Shown piece by piece: positions 22,879-31,571 of a DNA stretch of 32,000 bases. A program made the translations under genes and the position numbers. Positions within the stretch are counted from its first letter, which is position 1. Each line of letters begins with the position of its first letter. The stretch is from Nitrososphaerota archaeon (GTDB taxonomy: Archaea > Thermoproteota > Nitrososphaeria_A > Caldarchaeales > Calditenuaceae). Below the pieces are notes generated by a model, which saw only the letters and a program-made list of their open reading frames with translations, did not search any database and was not told the DNA's origin. The stretch covers positions 2,714 through 34,713 of the forward strand of contig JAVYLC010000006.1 of the NCBI GenBank assembly GCA_038741355.1, in the 5' to 3' direction.

Positions 22879-24087
22879 ATGCTTATCATAACCCTGTACA
22901 AGGCCGTCCCTGCGAGAACGACTAAGATTGTGACTGTAGCGGGTGTCTTGCGAAGAGAAGAGATGGAGCTTGTTATGAACCCGTTCGACTACAAGGCTAT
23001 AGAGGCGGCTGACTACTTGAAAAGGGCATTTGGTGGCAAGGTCGTCTCTCTGAGCATGGGGCCTGATTTCAAGCTTAAGCCCATTGCGGCGAGCCTATAT
23101 GACGCTCCTGTCGAGGGTGTGGATGAGTCCTACATTCTCAGCGACCGGAGGATGGCCGGTGCTGATACTTGGGCTACAGCCTATACTGTCAGCCTAGGTG
23201 TCAAAAAAGTTGTCGAGACACATTTAGCAGCTGTGGATGAGCTCTTATCTCTTCTGCAGGCCGGTGAGAGCCCCCAGTCTTTCGCAGAAAAGGCGAAAGA
23301 ACTCTATGAGAAGAACCTAATCCCAAACATTGTCTACTCTACATTACCTACGCTCAGTGGAGTGACCCTAACTGAGAGGTTGTTGAAGGGTGAAATAAGT
23401 AGGGAGGAGGCGGTGAGGTTGTTGGAGAAGGTTAGGCAGGAGGTGGGCAGGTTCGTAGTTATTGCTGGGATCAAGACGAGCGACGGCGAGACGGGCAGTA
23501 CCGGGCCACAGGTTGCTGAGGCCCTTTCAGGGATGCTTGGCAGATTCATTCCAAGTGTCACATATGTCAGGGACCTAGAAGCAGACCCAGAAGCAGGGTT
23601 CATCTATGTTGAGCGCAAGCTCGGCGACATGATTCAGAAGCTTCGCGTACCTCTACCGTGCGTAATCACTATTTCGACTGACTATCGCCCCCGAACCCCA
23701 CAACTCAGGTTGAAGAAGAGAGCCCGCCTATACAATTATGCGAAGAAGGTCTTGGAGAGTGTGGTCTGGAACGCGGATATGCTGGGCGCAGACCCACAGT
23801 TGATCGGGTTGGCAGGTTCTCCGACAATAGTCGGGCCGGGTATAGATATCGGTGGTCCACCTGTTCAGAAGTTCGTCGATATGACACTCGTCTTCTCGAC
23901 CCGCGTGGAGGAGTTTGAGTTTAACGGTAAGAAGTATGGACCATTTGAGAGGCTCAGTAAAGCTGATGACTTGCCTCCAGAGGTTTTAGACCATCTAAAG
24001 GAGCGGGGTGTACTCAAGGTGTTTAGCCTTGAGGACCTTGTCGAGGAGCTGTTTGGGGTGAGGGTGAGTATTGCAAGAGAGCAGTGA
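22879..24087 (+). CDS. etfB: Electron transfer flavoprotein beta subunit (FixA/EtfB), unusually long (402 aa)
   Basis: 'LIITLYKAVP...MNPFDYKAIEAA', 'LSDRRMAGADTWATAYTVSLGVKK', 'VIAGIKTSDGETGSTGPQVAEAL' and 'GLAGSPTIV'. It carries a ~70-80-aa helical insertion and a ~50-aa C-terminal extension (see findings). Confidence 0.8.
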   Translation: MLIITLYKAVPARTTKIVTVAGVLRREEMELVMNPFDYKAIEAADYLKRAFGGKVVSLSMGPDFKLKPIAASLYDAPVEGVDESYILSDRRMAGADTWATAYTVSLGVKKVVETHLAAVDELLSLLQAGESPQSFAEKAKELYEKNLIPNIVYSTLPTLSGVTLTERLLKGEISREEAVRLLEKVRQEVGRFVVIAGIKTSDGETGSTGPQVAEALSGMLGRFIPSVTYVRDLEADPEAGFIYVERKLGDMIQKLRVPLPCVITISTDYRPRTPQLRLKKRARLYNYAKKVLESVVWNADMLGADPQLIGLAGSPTIVGPGIDIGGPPVQKFVDMTLVFSTRVEEFEFNGKKYGPFERLSKADDLPPEVLDHLKERGVLKVFSLEDLVEELFGVRVSIAREQ

Positions 24088-25165
24088 ACATAGAGACGTT
24101 TGGGTTTATTGCGAGGTCCAAGACGGCGAGCTTACCCGACCGACAACCGAGGTAATTGCAGGAGCTAGGAAGATAGCGGATAAAATGAATATGAAGGTTG
24201 TAGGGATACTGCTAGGGTACAACCTAGGAAATGTCGCTCGAGAGCCGATCTATTACGGTGCCGATAAGGTAATAGTGTGTGATACGCCATTGCTGAAGAG
24301 CTACCAAGCAATACCCTACTCATACTTATTGTCAGACATGGTGCTTAAGCTGAAGCCTTGGGCCTTCCTCTTCATAGCCAATGAGGTAGGTAGGGAGCTC
24401 GGCGCGCGTGTAGCATACAGGACGGTTACAGGACTAGCTGCAGACTGCATAGACCTTCTCGTTGAGGACTTTATAATTCACACACCTCAGGGGACTAAAG
24501 TCTTTAAAGACTGTATAGCACAAGTACGTCCCGACTTCGCTACCCGTATAGCCAAGATATTTACACCGAGGCATAGGCCTCAGATGAGCAACATAAGGCC
24601 AGGCTCATTTACGCCACTACCGCGCGACGAGTCGCGGAAGGGAGAGGTGGTCCAATGGGAGGCTGAAATACCGCCAGAGGCGTTTGCCGTCGAGGTAATA
24701 GAGGAGCGGAGGCTGCCTAAGAGTCCCGTAAAGCTTGAGGAGGCGAGAGTAATAATTAGTCTCGGTTTAGGTGTGTTGAAGGATGCTAAGGGGAACCCGA
24801 GAAACCCGGCAGAGGCGTACAGATATGCGGAGAAGTTAAAGAATGCCGTTGAGAAGCGCCTAGGAGTTGTGACCGAGATAGGTGCGTCGAGGGCTCTAAT
24901 CTACTCAGGTATCAAGGAGCTTGAAGGCCTGATCATTAAGGACAGGCAAGTAGGACAGACGGGAAAGACCGTCGCACCGGACATCTACATTGCTGCTGGG
25001 ATTAGCGGCGCGATACAGCACAGGGTCGGTATCATGAGGGCCAAGAAGATAGTGGCTATAAACACGGACCCCGCCGCCCCAATATTTCAGATCTCCCACT
25101 ATGGCATAGTGGGAGATCTTTACGAAGTTTTACCCAAGCTCGCCGAGCACTTGGGAGGTGGTTGA
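24071..25165 (+). CDS. etfA: Electron transfer flavoprotein alpha subunit (FixB/EtfA)
   Basis: 'EIGASRALIYSG...DRQVGQTGKTVAPDIYIAAGISGAIQHRVGIMRAKKIVAINTDPAAPIF..SHYGIVGDL' is the FAD-binding signature. The TTG start overlaps the etfB end by 17 nt. A GGTGAGGGTGAG Shine-Dalgarno-like tract lies upstream. Confidence 0.85.
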   Translation: MQESSEHRDVWVYCEVQDGELTRPTTEVIAGARKIADKMNMKVVGILLGYNLGNVAREPIYYGADKVIVCDTPLLKSYQAIPYSYLLSDMVLKLKPWAFLFIANEVGRELGARVAYRTVTGLAADCIDLLVEDFIIHTPQGTKVFKDCIAQVRPDFATRIAKIFTPRHRPQMSNIRPGSFTPLPRDESRKGEVVQWEAEIPPEAFAVEVIEERRLPKSPVKLEEARVIISLGLGVLKDAKGNPRNPAEAYRYAEKLKNAVEKRLGVVTEIGASRALIYSGIKELEGLIIKDRQVGQTGKTVAPDIYIAAGISGAIQHRVGIMRAKKIVAINTDPAAPIFQISHYGIVGDLYEVLPKLAEHLGGG

Positions 25166-25166
25166 G

Positions 25167-26867
25167 ATGAAGCCTGACTATGACGTGATAGTTGTGGGGG
25201 CAGGCCCGGCTGGCTGCGCAGCGGCCAACTATTTGGCGAGAAGGGGGGTCGATGTCGCTTTAGTTGATAAGGCGCAGGTCCCCGGGCAGAAAAACGTCAC
25301 GGGCGGGGTTATCTATACAGAGTATCTACCCGGGTATAGCTTCGATGACGCATTTCCTGGATTTAGAGAAGAGGCTCCTTTAGAGAGGAAGATAGTCTCC
25401 CACGAAGTGGTGGTCCTATCACAGCCTGAGACACAGGATGGAAATGTGGTGTATAGGAGGGCGAGGATAGGGGAGGACTCGTTCCTAAACAAGCTAGGCG
25501 TCACTGGCTTTGACTTGACCGGCTCGGAGGGCTATTCAGTTCTAAGGGCTAAGTTGGACAAGTGGATGGCAAAGAAGGTCTCTGAGAGCGGCGGGGTAGT
25601 GGTCACCTATAAGGCAGTGGAGGATCTCTACCGCGAGGATAACCGGGTAAGAGGAGTCATCACGAGTTCCGAAACAGTCACGTGTAATCTGGTTATCGAC
25701 GCCTCGGGCGTAACTTCAAGGCTTGTAGACAGGGCGGGGCTTAGGCGCCTTCTCACACCTGATAAAGTCTATCACGGTGTTAAGCATGTCTATAGGCTTT
25801 CGCCCGAGAAGATAGAGGAGAGGCTCGGCCTCAAGCCCGGCGAGGGGAAGGCAATCTTCTACATGGGCGACGTGATGCATGGTGTGAATGGCGGCGGTTT
25901 CCTCTACACAAACCGAGACACCTTAAGCGTCGGGATAGTCATCTCGCTAGACTCATTCCTTAACCGTGCCCTAGAGAATATGGAGACCCTCGGCAAGCCA
26001 CTCGACATTCTCGAGAGCCTAGAGTCCCATCCAGAGGTTGCTCCATTCCTCGAGGGTGCTGAGCTCGTAGAGTACTCTGCACATAATATTCCAAAGGGTT
26101 ACAAAACAATGCTATCGCACCCTTACACTTCAGGCTACATAGTTGCGGGAGATGCGTTGGGTGCTTTTGTTAAGATTGGGGGCCTCATAGATGGGATGAG
26201 GCGGGCAGTTGCTACGGGAATTATGGCAGCTCAGACGTATCTCAGAGCTGCGGAAAAGGGAGACTTCAGCGCAAAGACTCTCTCCATATATAGAGAGTTG
26301 CTGGCCCCCATCTATAGAGATGTCAAAAGGTCTGGAAGAAACGCGACGCTCACCGAGTCCTCAATAGCTTATAGACTCGCACCAAGGCTTATGCTGCGGC
26401 TCACCGGCCAGAGGGTAGAGGCCAAAGTCCAGAAAAATTTCAACCCCCTACTCATAGATGCGATTAAGAGAGTGCAGGAAAGGACAGGGCTTCTGGATTA
26501 TGATGAGGACAAAGAGTATAGCCACATAAAGGTAGATACGGCTAAGGCCTCCGCGCAGAGGCTGAAGATGTGGGTGCCGGCCTGTCCCGTGAACTGCTAT
26601 ACCCTTGTTTTGGAGAAGGGTGTTTTCGCATCACTGAAGGACCTCTACAAGTATAACTTGGCTAGAAGAATTGCAGAGGGTGTAGCTGAGGGGAAGGCTA
26701 AGGCTCTAGCGAGGTCGGAAACGCTAGAAGATATGGCGCGGGCTAGGCTGAACTTTGACCATGTAGCATGCGTGTCGTGTGGGACATGCGGAGTTATCGG
26801 TCCACCAGACATAGTAGACTTTGGTCATGAGAGAGACGGCCACGGCGTAAGATTCAAGTATGGGTAG
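25167..26867 (+). CDS. fixCX: FixC-like ETF-dependent flavoprotein oxidoreductase fused to a FixX-like ferredoxin domain
   Basis: 'DYDVIVVGAGPAGCAAANYLARRGVDVALVDK' (FAD Rossmann) and the FixC-like 'GDALGAFVKIGGLIDGMRRA'. The C-terminal FixX-like part is 'WVPACPVNCY...FDHVACVSCGTCG...GHGVRFKYG'. I prefer ATG 25167, with GGAGGTG 6-12 nt upstream; the ORF track starts at GTG 25158. Confidence 0.85.
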   Translation: MKPDYDVIVVGAGPAGCAAANYLARRGVDVALVDKAQVPGQKNVTGGVIYTEYLPGYSFDDAFPGFREEAPLERKIVSHEVVVLSQPETQDGNVVYRRARIGEDSFLNKLGVTGFDLTGSEGYSVLRAKLDKWMAKKVSESGGVVVTYKAVEDLYREDNRVRGVITSSETVTCNLVIDASGVTSRLVDRAGLRRLLTPDKVYHGVKHVYRLSPEKIEERLGLKPGEGKAIFYMGDVMHGVNGGGFLYTNRDTLSVGIVISLDSFLNRALENMETLGKPLDILESLESHPEVAPFLEGAELVEYSAHNIPKGYKTMLSHPYTSGYIVAGDALGAFVKIGGLIDGMRRAVATGIMAAQTYLRAAEKGDFSAKTLSIYRELLAPIYRDVKRSGRNATLTESSIAYRLAPRLMLRLTGQRVEAKVQKNFNPLLIDAIKRVQERTGLLDYDEDKEYSHIKVDTAKASAQRLKMWVPACPVNCYTLVLEKGVFASLKDLYKYNLARRIAEGVAEGKAKALARSETLEDMARARLNFDHVACVSCGTCGVIGPPDIVDFGHERDGHGVRFKYG

Positions 26868-26903
26868 AAAAATTTAATATATGGCCTATACAGACGATAG
26901 AAT

Positions 26904-27422
26904 GTGACCTTAACATCTGTTACAAATGTAATACGGACGAAGCTCGACGTGCGGAGTTTCTCGCAGAAAGAGGTGCCGTGGGAGGATAAGATCAGCATCC
27001 TAGACGCGGGCCGCATGGCTGGCTCCGGCATGAATAGCCAACACTGGCGCTTCATCCTTCTCGATAAGCGCGAGGATCTTCAGAGGCTAGCCGACCTAAG
27101 TATCACGGGTAAGTGGGTTAGTGGCGCAAACTTCGCTGTAGTTGTTCTTACAGACTCACGGTACACCTGGCATCTCCTTGACGCGGGCCGGGCGATAACC
27201 AATATGATGCTAGAGGCGTGGAGTAGGGGGATAGTCTCATGCATCTGTACAGGAATCAATGAGGAGGCCTTAAGGAATTGGCTAAAGATTCCTCCCAACC
27301 TCGCGATTGCAGGATTCATTGGGTTTGGTTATCCCGTGAAGAGGATTATAGGCAAGAAGAACCGATTGCCTTTGGAGCAGATTGCCTATTATGGACGGTT
27401 CGGAGAGCCCCTCAGGAAGTAA
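26904..27422 (+). CDS. Nitroreductase-family (FMN-dependent) protein
   Basis: 'RTKLDVRSFSQKEVPWEDKISILDAGRMAGSGMNSQHWRFILL' and 'DAGRAITNMMLEAWSRGI'. GTG start with TTTAATATAT ~28 nt upstream. Confidence 0.8.
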   Translation: MTLTSVTNVIRTKLDVRSFSQKEVPWEDKISILDAGRMAGSGMNSQHWRFILLDKREDLQRLADLSITGKWVSGANFAVVVLTDSRYTWHLLDAGRAITNMMLEAWSRGIVSCICTGINEEALRNWLKIPPNLAIAGFIGFGYPVKRIIGKKNRLPLEQIAYYGRFGEPLRK

Positions 27423-28986
27423 GGACGTTGAGAAGCTAGCAGAGGCTCTGCTAAGGGAGCCGCAACTGCTAAGCACAGGTATCTCAGCCACAAAGATAAT
27501 TTTGGCGAGAAGGCTCGACCTTAAGGAGATACCGAGCAACGCTGAGCTGATTCATGCGTTAAAGGCGCGGGGAGCACCACCCACAGTGCTTAGACAGCTT
27601 AGACGCAAGCCGGTCAAGACTAGGTCGGGCGTCACGATCATAACGGTCGCAATTCCGTTGTTCAACTGCCCACATGGCCGATGCATATACTGCCCCGGAG
27701 GAGGACAGACAGGGTTCCCGCAAAGCTATACAGGGGCTGAGCCAGTAATCAGCTATGCACGCAGTGTCGGATACAGCGTCGACGCACAGGTCAGAAACTA
27801 TCTGAGAAGGCTGGAGGAAATGGGCCACGAGGTCGATAAGGTAGAGATCATCTTCATAGGAGGGACATACACGTCTGCAAGCCCTGAGGCGCAGAGATCG
27901 TACATTAAGGCCGCCCTCGACGGGCTGCATAACTCCAAATCGAGTAGCGTAGAGGAGGCGCTGAAGAGGGCAGAGTGGGCTCGTCCCCGCGTGGCTGGAA
28001 TGATGGTGGAGACGAGACCTGACTGGGTTAGACCAGCCATAGCCGATGAGCTGGTTAGGCTGGGTGTGACACGGGTTGAGCTCGGAGTACAGGCACTTGA
28101 TGATGAGATCTATCGACTCATAGCCCGCGGGCACACAGTCCAAGACGTTGTTGATGCAACGAGAATACTCAAAGACAGAGCCTTCAAGGTTGGATACCAC
28201 TTTATGCCTGGACTCCCATGGTCGAATCCTGAGAAGGACCTCGAAATGTACAGGACCATCTTCCAAGACCCACGCTTCAGGCCAGACACCATCAAGATCT
28301 ACCCGACGATGGTGTTACCAGACACGCCCCTGTATCAACTCTGGAAGAGGGGCGAGTATAAACCATACGATGTTTGGACACTAATCGACCTTTTAGTACG
28401 GATGATAGAGCATACGCCTCCATACGTCAGAATACATAGGATCAGGCGCGAAATACCAAGTGAGGTTGCGGTAGACGGTAAATACCCCGGCAACCTTAGG
28501 GAACTAGTGGAGAGGGAGGCAGAGAGGCGCGGTATACGTTGTAGGTGTGTCAGATGTAGGGAGGTTGGGAGGCATACATCGCTTAGCGAGGAGCTACACC
28601 AGTCCATGGAGGTGAAGGAGCTCTGGTATGACACACTGGGGGGCCGAGAAGTCTTCATATCTTATGAGACAGGTGATGGATGGGTCTTGGCAGGGCTGCT
28701 GAGGCTTAGGCTCCCGGAGGAGCCCGCTAACGAGCTGCTAGACGGAGCCGCCCTAGTCAGGGAGCTACATGTCTACGGCGAGATGACGCCAGTCGGCAGC
28801 AGGCCTGACCGCGGGGTGTGGCAGCACCGGGGCATAGGCGGTAAGCTTCTGGGGAGGGCTGAGGAGGTCGCCCAAGAAGAGGGTTACCGGAGGGTTATAG
28901 TTATTAGTGGACTCGGAGTCAAGGAATACTACGCTAGGAAAGGATATGAGAGACATGGACCATACATGGCCAAGACGATAGTGTAG
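27382..28986 (+). CDS. elp3: Elp3-family tRNA uridine(34) carboxymethyl/acetyltransferase (radical SAM + GNAT)
   Basis: 'VTIITVAIPLFNCPHGRCIYCPGG' (radical SAM cluster), 'IFIGGTYT', 'RVELGVQALDDEIY', 'KVGYHFMPGLP' and 'IKIYPTMV'. The C-terminal GNAT is 'RELHVYG...QHRGIGGKLL..AE'. The start is TTG 27382 or ATG 27391; either overlaps the nitroreductase gene end. Confidence 0.9.
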   Translation: MPIMDGSESPSGSKDVEKLAEALLREPQLLSTGISATKIILARRLDLKEIPSNAELIHALKARGAPPTVLRQLRRKPVKTRSGVTIITVAIPLFNCPHGRCIYCPGGGQTGFPQSYTGAEPVISYARSVGYSVDAQVRNYLRRLEEMGHEVDKVEIIFIGGTYTSASPEAQRSYIKAALDGLHNSKSSSVEEALKRAEWARPRVAGMMVETRPDWVRPAIADELVRLGVTRVELGVQALDDEIYRLIARGHTVQDVVDATRILKDRAFKVGYHFMPGLPWSNPEKDLEMYRTIFQDPRFRPDTIKIYPTMVLPDTPLYQLWKRGEYKPYDVWTLIDLLVRMIEHTPPYVRIHRIRREIPSEVAVDGKYPGNLRELVEREAERRGIRCRCVRCREVGRHTSLSEELHQSMEVKELWYDTLGGREVFISYETGDGWVLAGLLRLRLPEEPANELLDGAALVRELHVYGEMTPVGSRPDRGVWQHRGIGGKLLGRAEEVAQEEGYRRVIVISGLGVKEYYARKGYERHGPYMAKTIV

Positions 28987-28991
28987 ACGCC

Positions 28992-29741
28992 TTGATCAGC
29001 ATAAACGAGGCTGTTGCTGAGATTAAGTCAGCAATCACGGCCGGCAGGCTAGTCACAATAATAGGCGAAATGGAAGTATTCTACGAGGGTCGGTCCATCA
29101 GCTGGCTAGGCAGCGGCGAAAGACTTCTAGTCATTAAACAGGATAGAAGCGTCCTCGTCCACCGTCCCACAGGCTACGAGCCCACGAACTGGCAGCCGGC
29201 CGGAAGCCACATAGACGTATGGAGCGAGGAGGGTAAACTGGTAATAGTCTCAAAGCGCACCACCCCGCCTGAAATGCTGAAAATCATTATCACGAGGATA
29301 CTCGATATATCATCACATGGATTAAGGGATGAGGCCGAGTTCCTGATACACGCCCGGGAGGAGGATATGAAGCAGGCGATTATCGCGGAGCCCAGCATAA
29401 TCGAAGATGGATTCAGAGTTGTGGAGAGTGAGAGGAAGACTAGGAGCGGATACATCGACATACTCGGAGTAGACAGGGAGGGGAGGCTTGTGGTAATAGA
29501 GATAAAGAGGGAGAAAGCCGATGTCGGAGATGTCGAGCAGCTTGTCAGGTACTCGGCTCAGATAGAAGAAGAGTTTGGGTTGAAGCCTAGGCAAATGATA
29601 GTCGCCCCACTACTATCGAGCAGAGCAGCTAGAAAAGCTAGAATTCTGGGGGTAGAGTTTAGACAACTCTCACCGCGTAAGGCACAGGAAATTGTAAGGC
29701 GGAGAAAAGGGCTTGACAGGTTTCTATTCGAAGCAGATTAG
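28992..29741 (+). CDS. nucS: Endonuclease NucS/EndoMS (mismatch-specific, RecB-like nuclease)
   Basis: 'GYEPTNWQP' is in the N-terminal domain. The C-terminal PD-(D/E)xK is 'GYIDILGVDREGRLVVIEIKREKADVGDVEQLVRY'. TTG start. Confidence 0.85.
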   Translation: MISINEAVAEIKSAITAGRLVTIIGEMEVFYEGRSISWLGSGERLLVIKQDRSVLVHRPTGYEPTNWQPAGSHIDVWSEEGKLVIVSKRTTPPEMLKIIITRILDISSHGLRDEAEFLIHAREEDMKQAIIAEPSIIEDGFRVVESERKTRSGYIDILGVDREGRLVVIEIKREKADVGDVEQLVRYSAQIEEEFGLKPRQMIVAPLLSSRAARKARILGVEFRQLSPRKAQEIVRRRKGLDRFLFEAD

Positions 29742-30973
29742 AATAGCCGGACTTCACCTCGCAGTATTAGGTCGGTCAACATTGTAATGTTTTTTAATTC
29801 GTATTTGACTATCTCCTTCACCTCGTTCTTCACATTCGAATTGATCTTCTCACTCGAGATGTATTGGATGGATGTCACGAGGGGGCTGTCAATCCTCCGC
29901 CCGATCTGCGCCAAGAGCCTGACATAGACTTCATCGAACACGTTACACTCTTTGTATATCTTGTCGGCGATCCTGTATGCTGCTACATTGTATATTTTGC
30001 CTACATGCGAGATTGGGTTCTTTCCAGCCGTGGCCTCTAGTGACATCTGCCTACAAGGTGTGATTAGCCCCGAGGCCCTATTTCCACGTCCAGTATTCCC
30101 ATCATCGCCATGCTCCGCCGATGTACCTGTAACAGTCAAGTAAACACTACTCTCCTCTTTCTTCTTAGGATTAATCATGTCACCCGTGTTTATGTCTACT
30201 ACTACATCCATGCCATCTGACATCTTGACCACTAAGTCGAGTATCCTATCCCTTATCTCCTCCTTGACTGAAATATAGTGGTCTAGGTCTGGTGTGAGGT
30301 GAGAAACTATACCGTCAGCTATGGTTAGATGGATTTTGTCTCCCTTCCTCAGTCCCATCACTTTACAGTCTTCACCGCTCTCTTTCAAAGTCTGTTTGAA
30401 GGAGGGGCTGTTAATCTCCCTCTCGACGTTATACACTATTTTCTCAAGGGTAGTGAATGGGGCGTAGCCGACGCCGAAAGAGGTGTCGTTGGAGAGGGGG
30501 GACTCACCCTTATCATACTCCACTATCTTCACTAGGTCAGCGCTTCCAGGCTTTATCCTGCTATCTGAGACTATGTGTTTATCAGGGTCGAGAAACCTGA
30601 AGTTATTCTTAATGAACGATCTAATGGCACCCTTCAACAATTCATCCACTGGAACTACGTACTCGTTGGTCGGGGTCTTTATGACGGTTGTAGCCCTACC
30701 CGCTATCAGAATGTATATGGGTTCATCTAGAGTCCCGCCCCCGAACACGGGTGTTGCCCTTCCTCCGACCAGTAGGCCCTTATCTAAGTTGTGGTGGTAG
30801 ATCTTTCCAAAGTTCTCCAAGTAATATTTAGAGAGCGCTACGCTGGCGGCCTCGCATACAGAGTCTATAATGTAGTCGGGATGGCCCAGCCCCTTTCTCT
30901 CAACAATCTCGACGTACTGCTTGCTCGTAGGCTTACCTTTAATCCTTTCAAACACGATCGATGTATTCTGCAT
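29738..30973 (-). CDS. mat: Archaeal-type S-adenosylmethionine synthetase (PF01941)
   Basis: '[51 protein letters not shown]' is diagnostic of archaeal MAT. ATG start with TTTTAAATA (30997-31005, gene strand) ~28 nt upstream. Confidence 0.9.
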   Translation of the reverse strand: MQNTSIVFERIKGKPTSKQYVEIVERKGLGHPDYIIDSVCEAASVALSKYYLENFGKIYHHNLDKGLLVGGRATPVFGGGTLDEPIYILIAGRATTVIKTPTNEYVVPVDELLKGAIRSFIKNNFRFLDPDKHIVSDSRIKPGSADLVKIVEYDKGESPLSNDTSFGVGYAPFTTLEKIVYNVEREINSPSFKQTLKESGEDCKVMGLRKGDKIHLTIADGIVSHLTPDLDHYISVKEEIRDRILDLVVKMSDGMDVVVDINTGDMINPKKKEESSVYLTVTGTSAEHGDDGNTGRGNRASGLITPCRQMSLEATAGKNPISHVGKIYNVAAYRIADKIYKECNVFDEVYVRLLAQIGRRIDSPLVTSIQYISSEKINSNVKNEVKEIVKYELKNITMLTDLILRGEVRLF

Positions 30974-30996
30974 CGATTAGCCGACTGTAGAGCCTG

Positions 30997-31005
30997 TATT
31001 TAAAA
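30997..31005 (-). promoter_or_regulatory. BRE/TATA (CCTTTTAAATA) of the SAM synthetase gene
   Basis: Centred ~28 nt upstream of ATG 30973. Confidence 0.5.
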
Positions 31006-31053
31006 GGAACCCCACCATCACACCGTTGAATTAGTGGCGCCTTAGGCTCTTAT

Positions 31054-31326
31054 CTATTCTTCAGAGTAGTCAAGCTGTATGTATAGTACGTTATTTCCCC
31101 TAACCAGTATGTATGGGTAACTCGCCTTTTTTACGTCGTTCTGATACTCAACCCCACGGTTTATGACCAGGTTCATGTAATTATCAGCCTCGACGAGTGT
31201 TCCCACATACGATATGTCGTTTTTTAGCATTACCCTTACTTGTTTGCTGAAGCTGTTCATTATGAGACTTAGTGGCCTAACCCCCGTCGTGGTGCTCAAG
31301 ACCCAATAATGGATTGCTGGGCCCAA
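31054..31326 (-). CDS. Sm-like archaeal protein (SmAP/LSm)
   Basis: Sm1/Sm2 pattern 'VRVMLKNDISYVGTLVEADNYMNLVINRGVEY......ILVRGNNVLYI'. The likely true start is TTG 31299, because TTTTATTT (31327-31334, gene strand) is ~31 nt upstream of it. Confidence 0.8.
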   Translation of the reverse strand: MGPAIHYWVLSTTTGVRPLSLIMNSFSKQVRVMLKNDISYVGTLVEADNYMNLVINRGVEYQNDVKKASYPYILVRGNNVLYIQLDYSEE

Positions 31327-31484
31327 AATAAAAGTCTGACTCCGAACTGCAGCAATACCCTCTCTACTGTGTGAGGAGGCTTATGATGAGGCACCAATCG
31401 CCTATGTAGCGTCAGGAACACTAGGCTACAGGGCCTAGAATAGTTGTGTAGGACTTCACAGACTGTTTCGGCGAGGCAGGCGTA

Positions 31485-31500
31485 GGGTTACGCGTAGCCC
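31485..31500. repeat. 16-nt near-palindrome GGGTTACGCGTAGCCC (core TACGCGTA)
   Basis: Read directly from the sequence. It has one T/G mismatch pair. It lies in the 245-nt divergent spacer, ~40 nt upstream of the TATA-like element of ORF 31572. Confidence 0.5.
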
Positions 31501-31571
31501 CATGTATCGAGATGCCCTCAACAGTGTGGCAAAAAGATATATGAGGCTTAACTGTTGGGTATGCCGCTAAG

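Noticed and set aside
27559-28266. 235-aa ORF antisense to elp3 (also 27798-28040, 28110-28295 and 28335-28658)
   Set aside because: elp3 is unambiguous on the plus strand. The antisense products have no motifs and are rich in Cys, Arg and Ser, as expected from reverse-complement codon bias.
31383-31450. Possible C/D-box sRNA (AUGAUGA C-box at 31383-31389)
   Set aside because: No CUGA D-box occurs within 40-80 nt downstream on that strand, and there is no terminal stem. The minus strand has a CUGA but no C-box. A similar weak GGAUGA/CUGA pair at 1990-2070 is too far apart (~75 nt) and also lacks a terminal stem.
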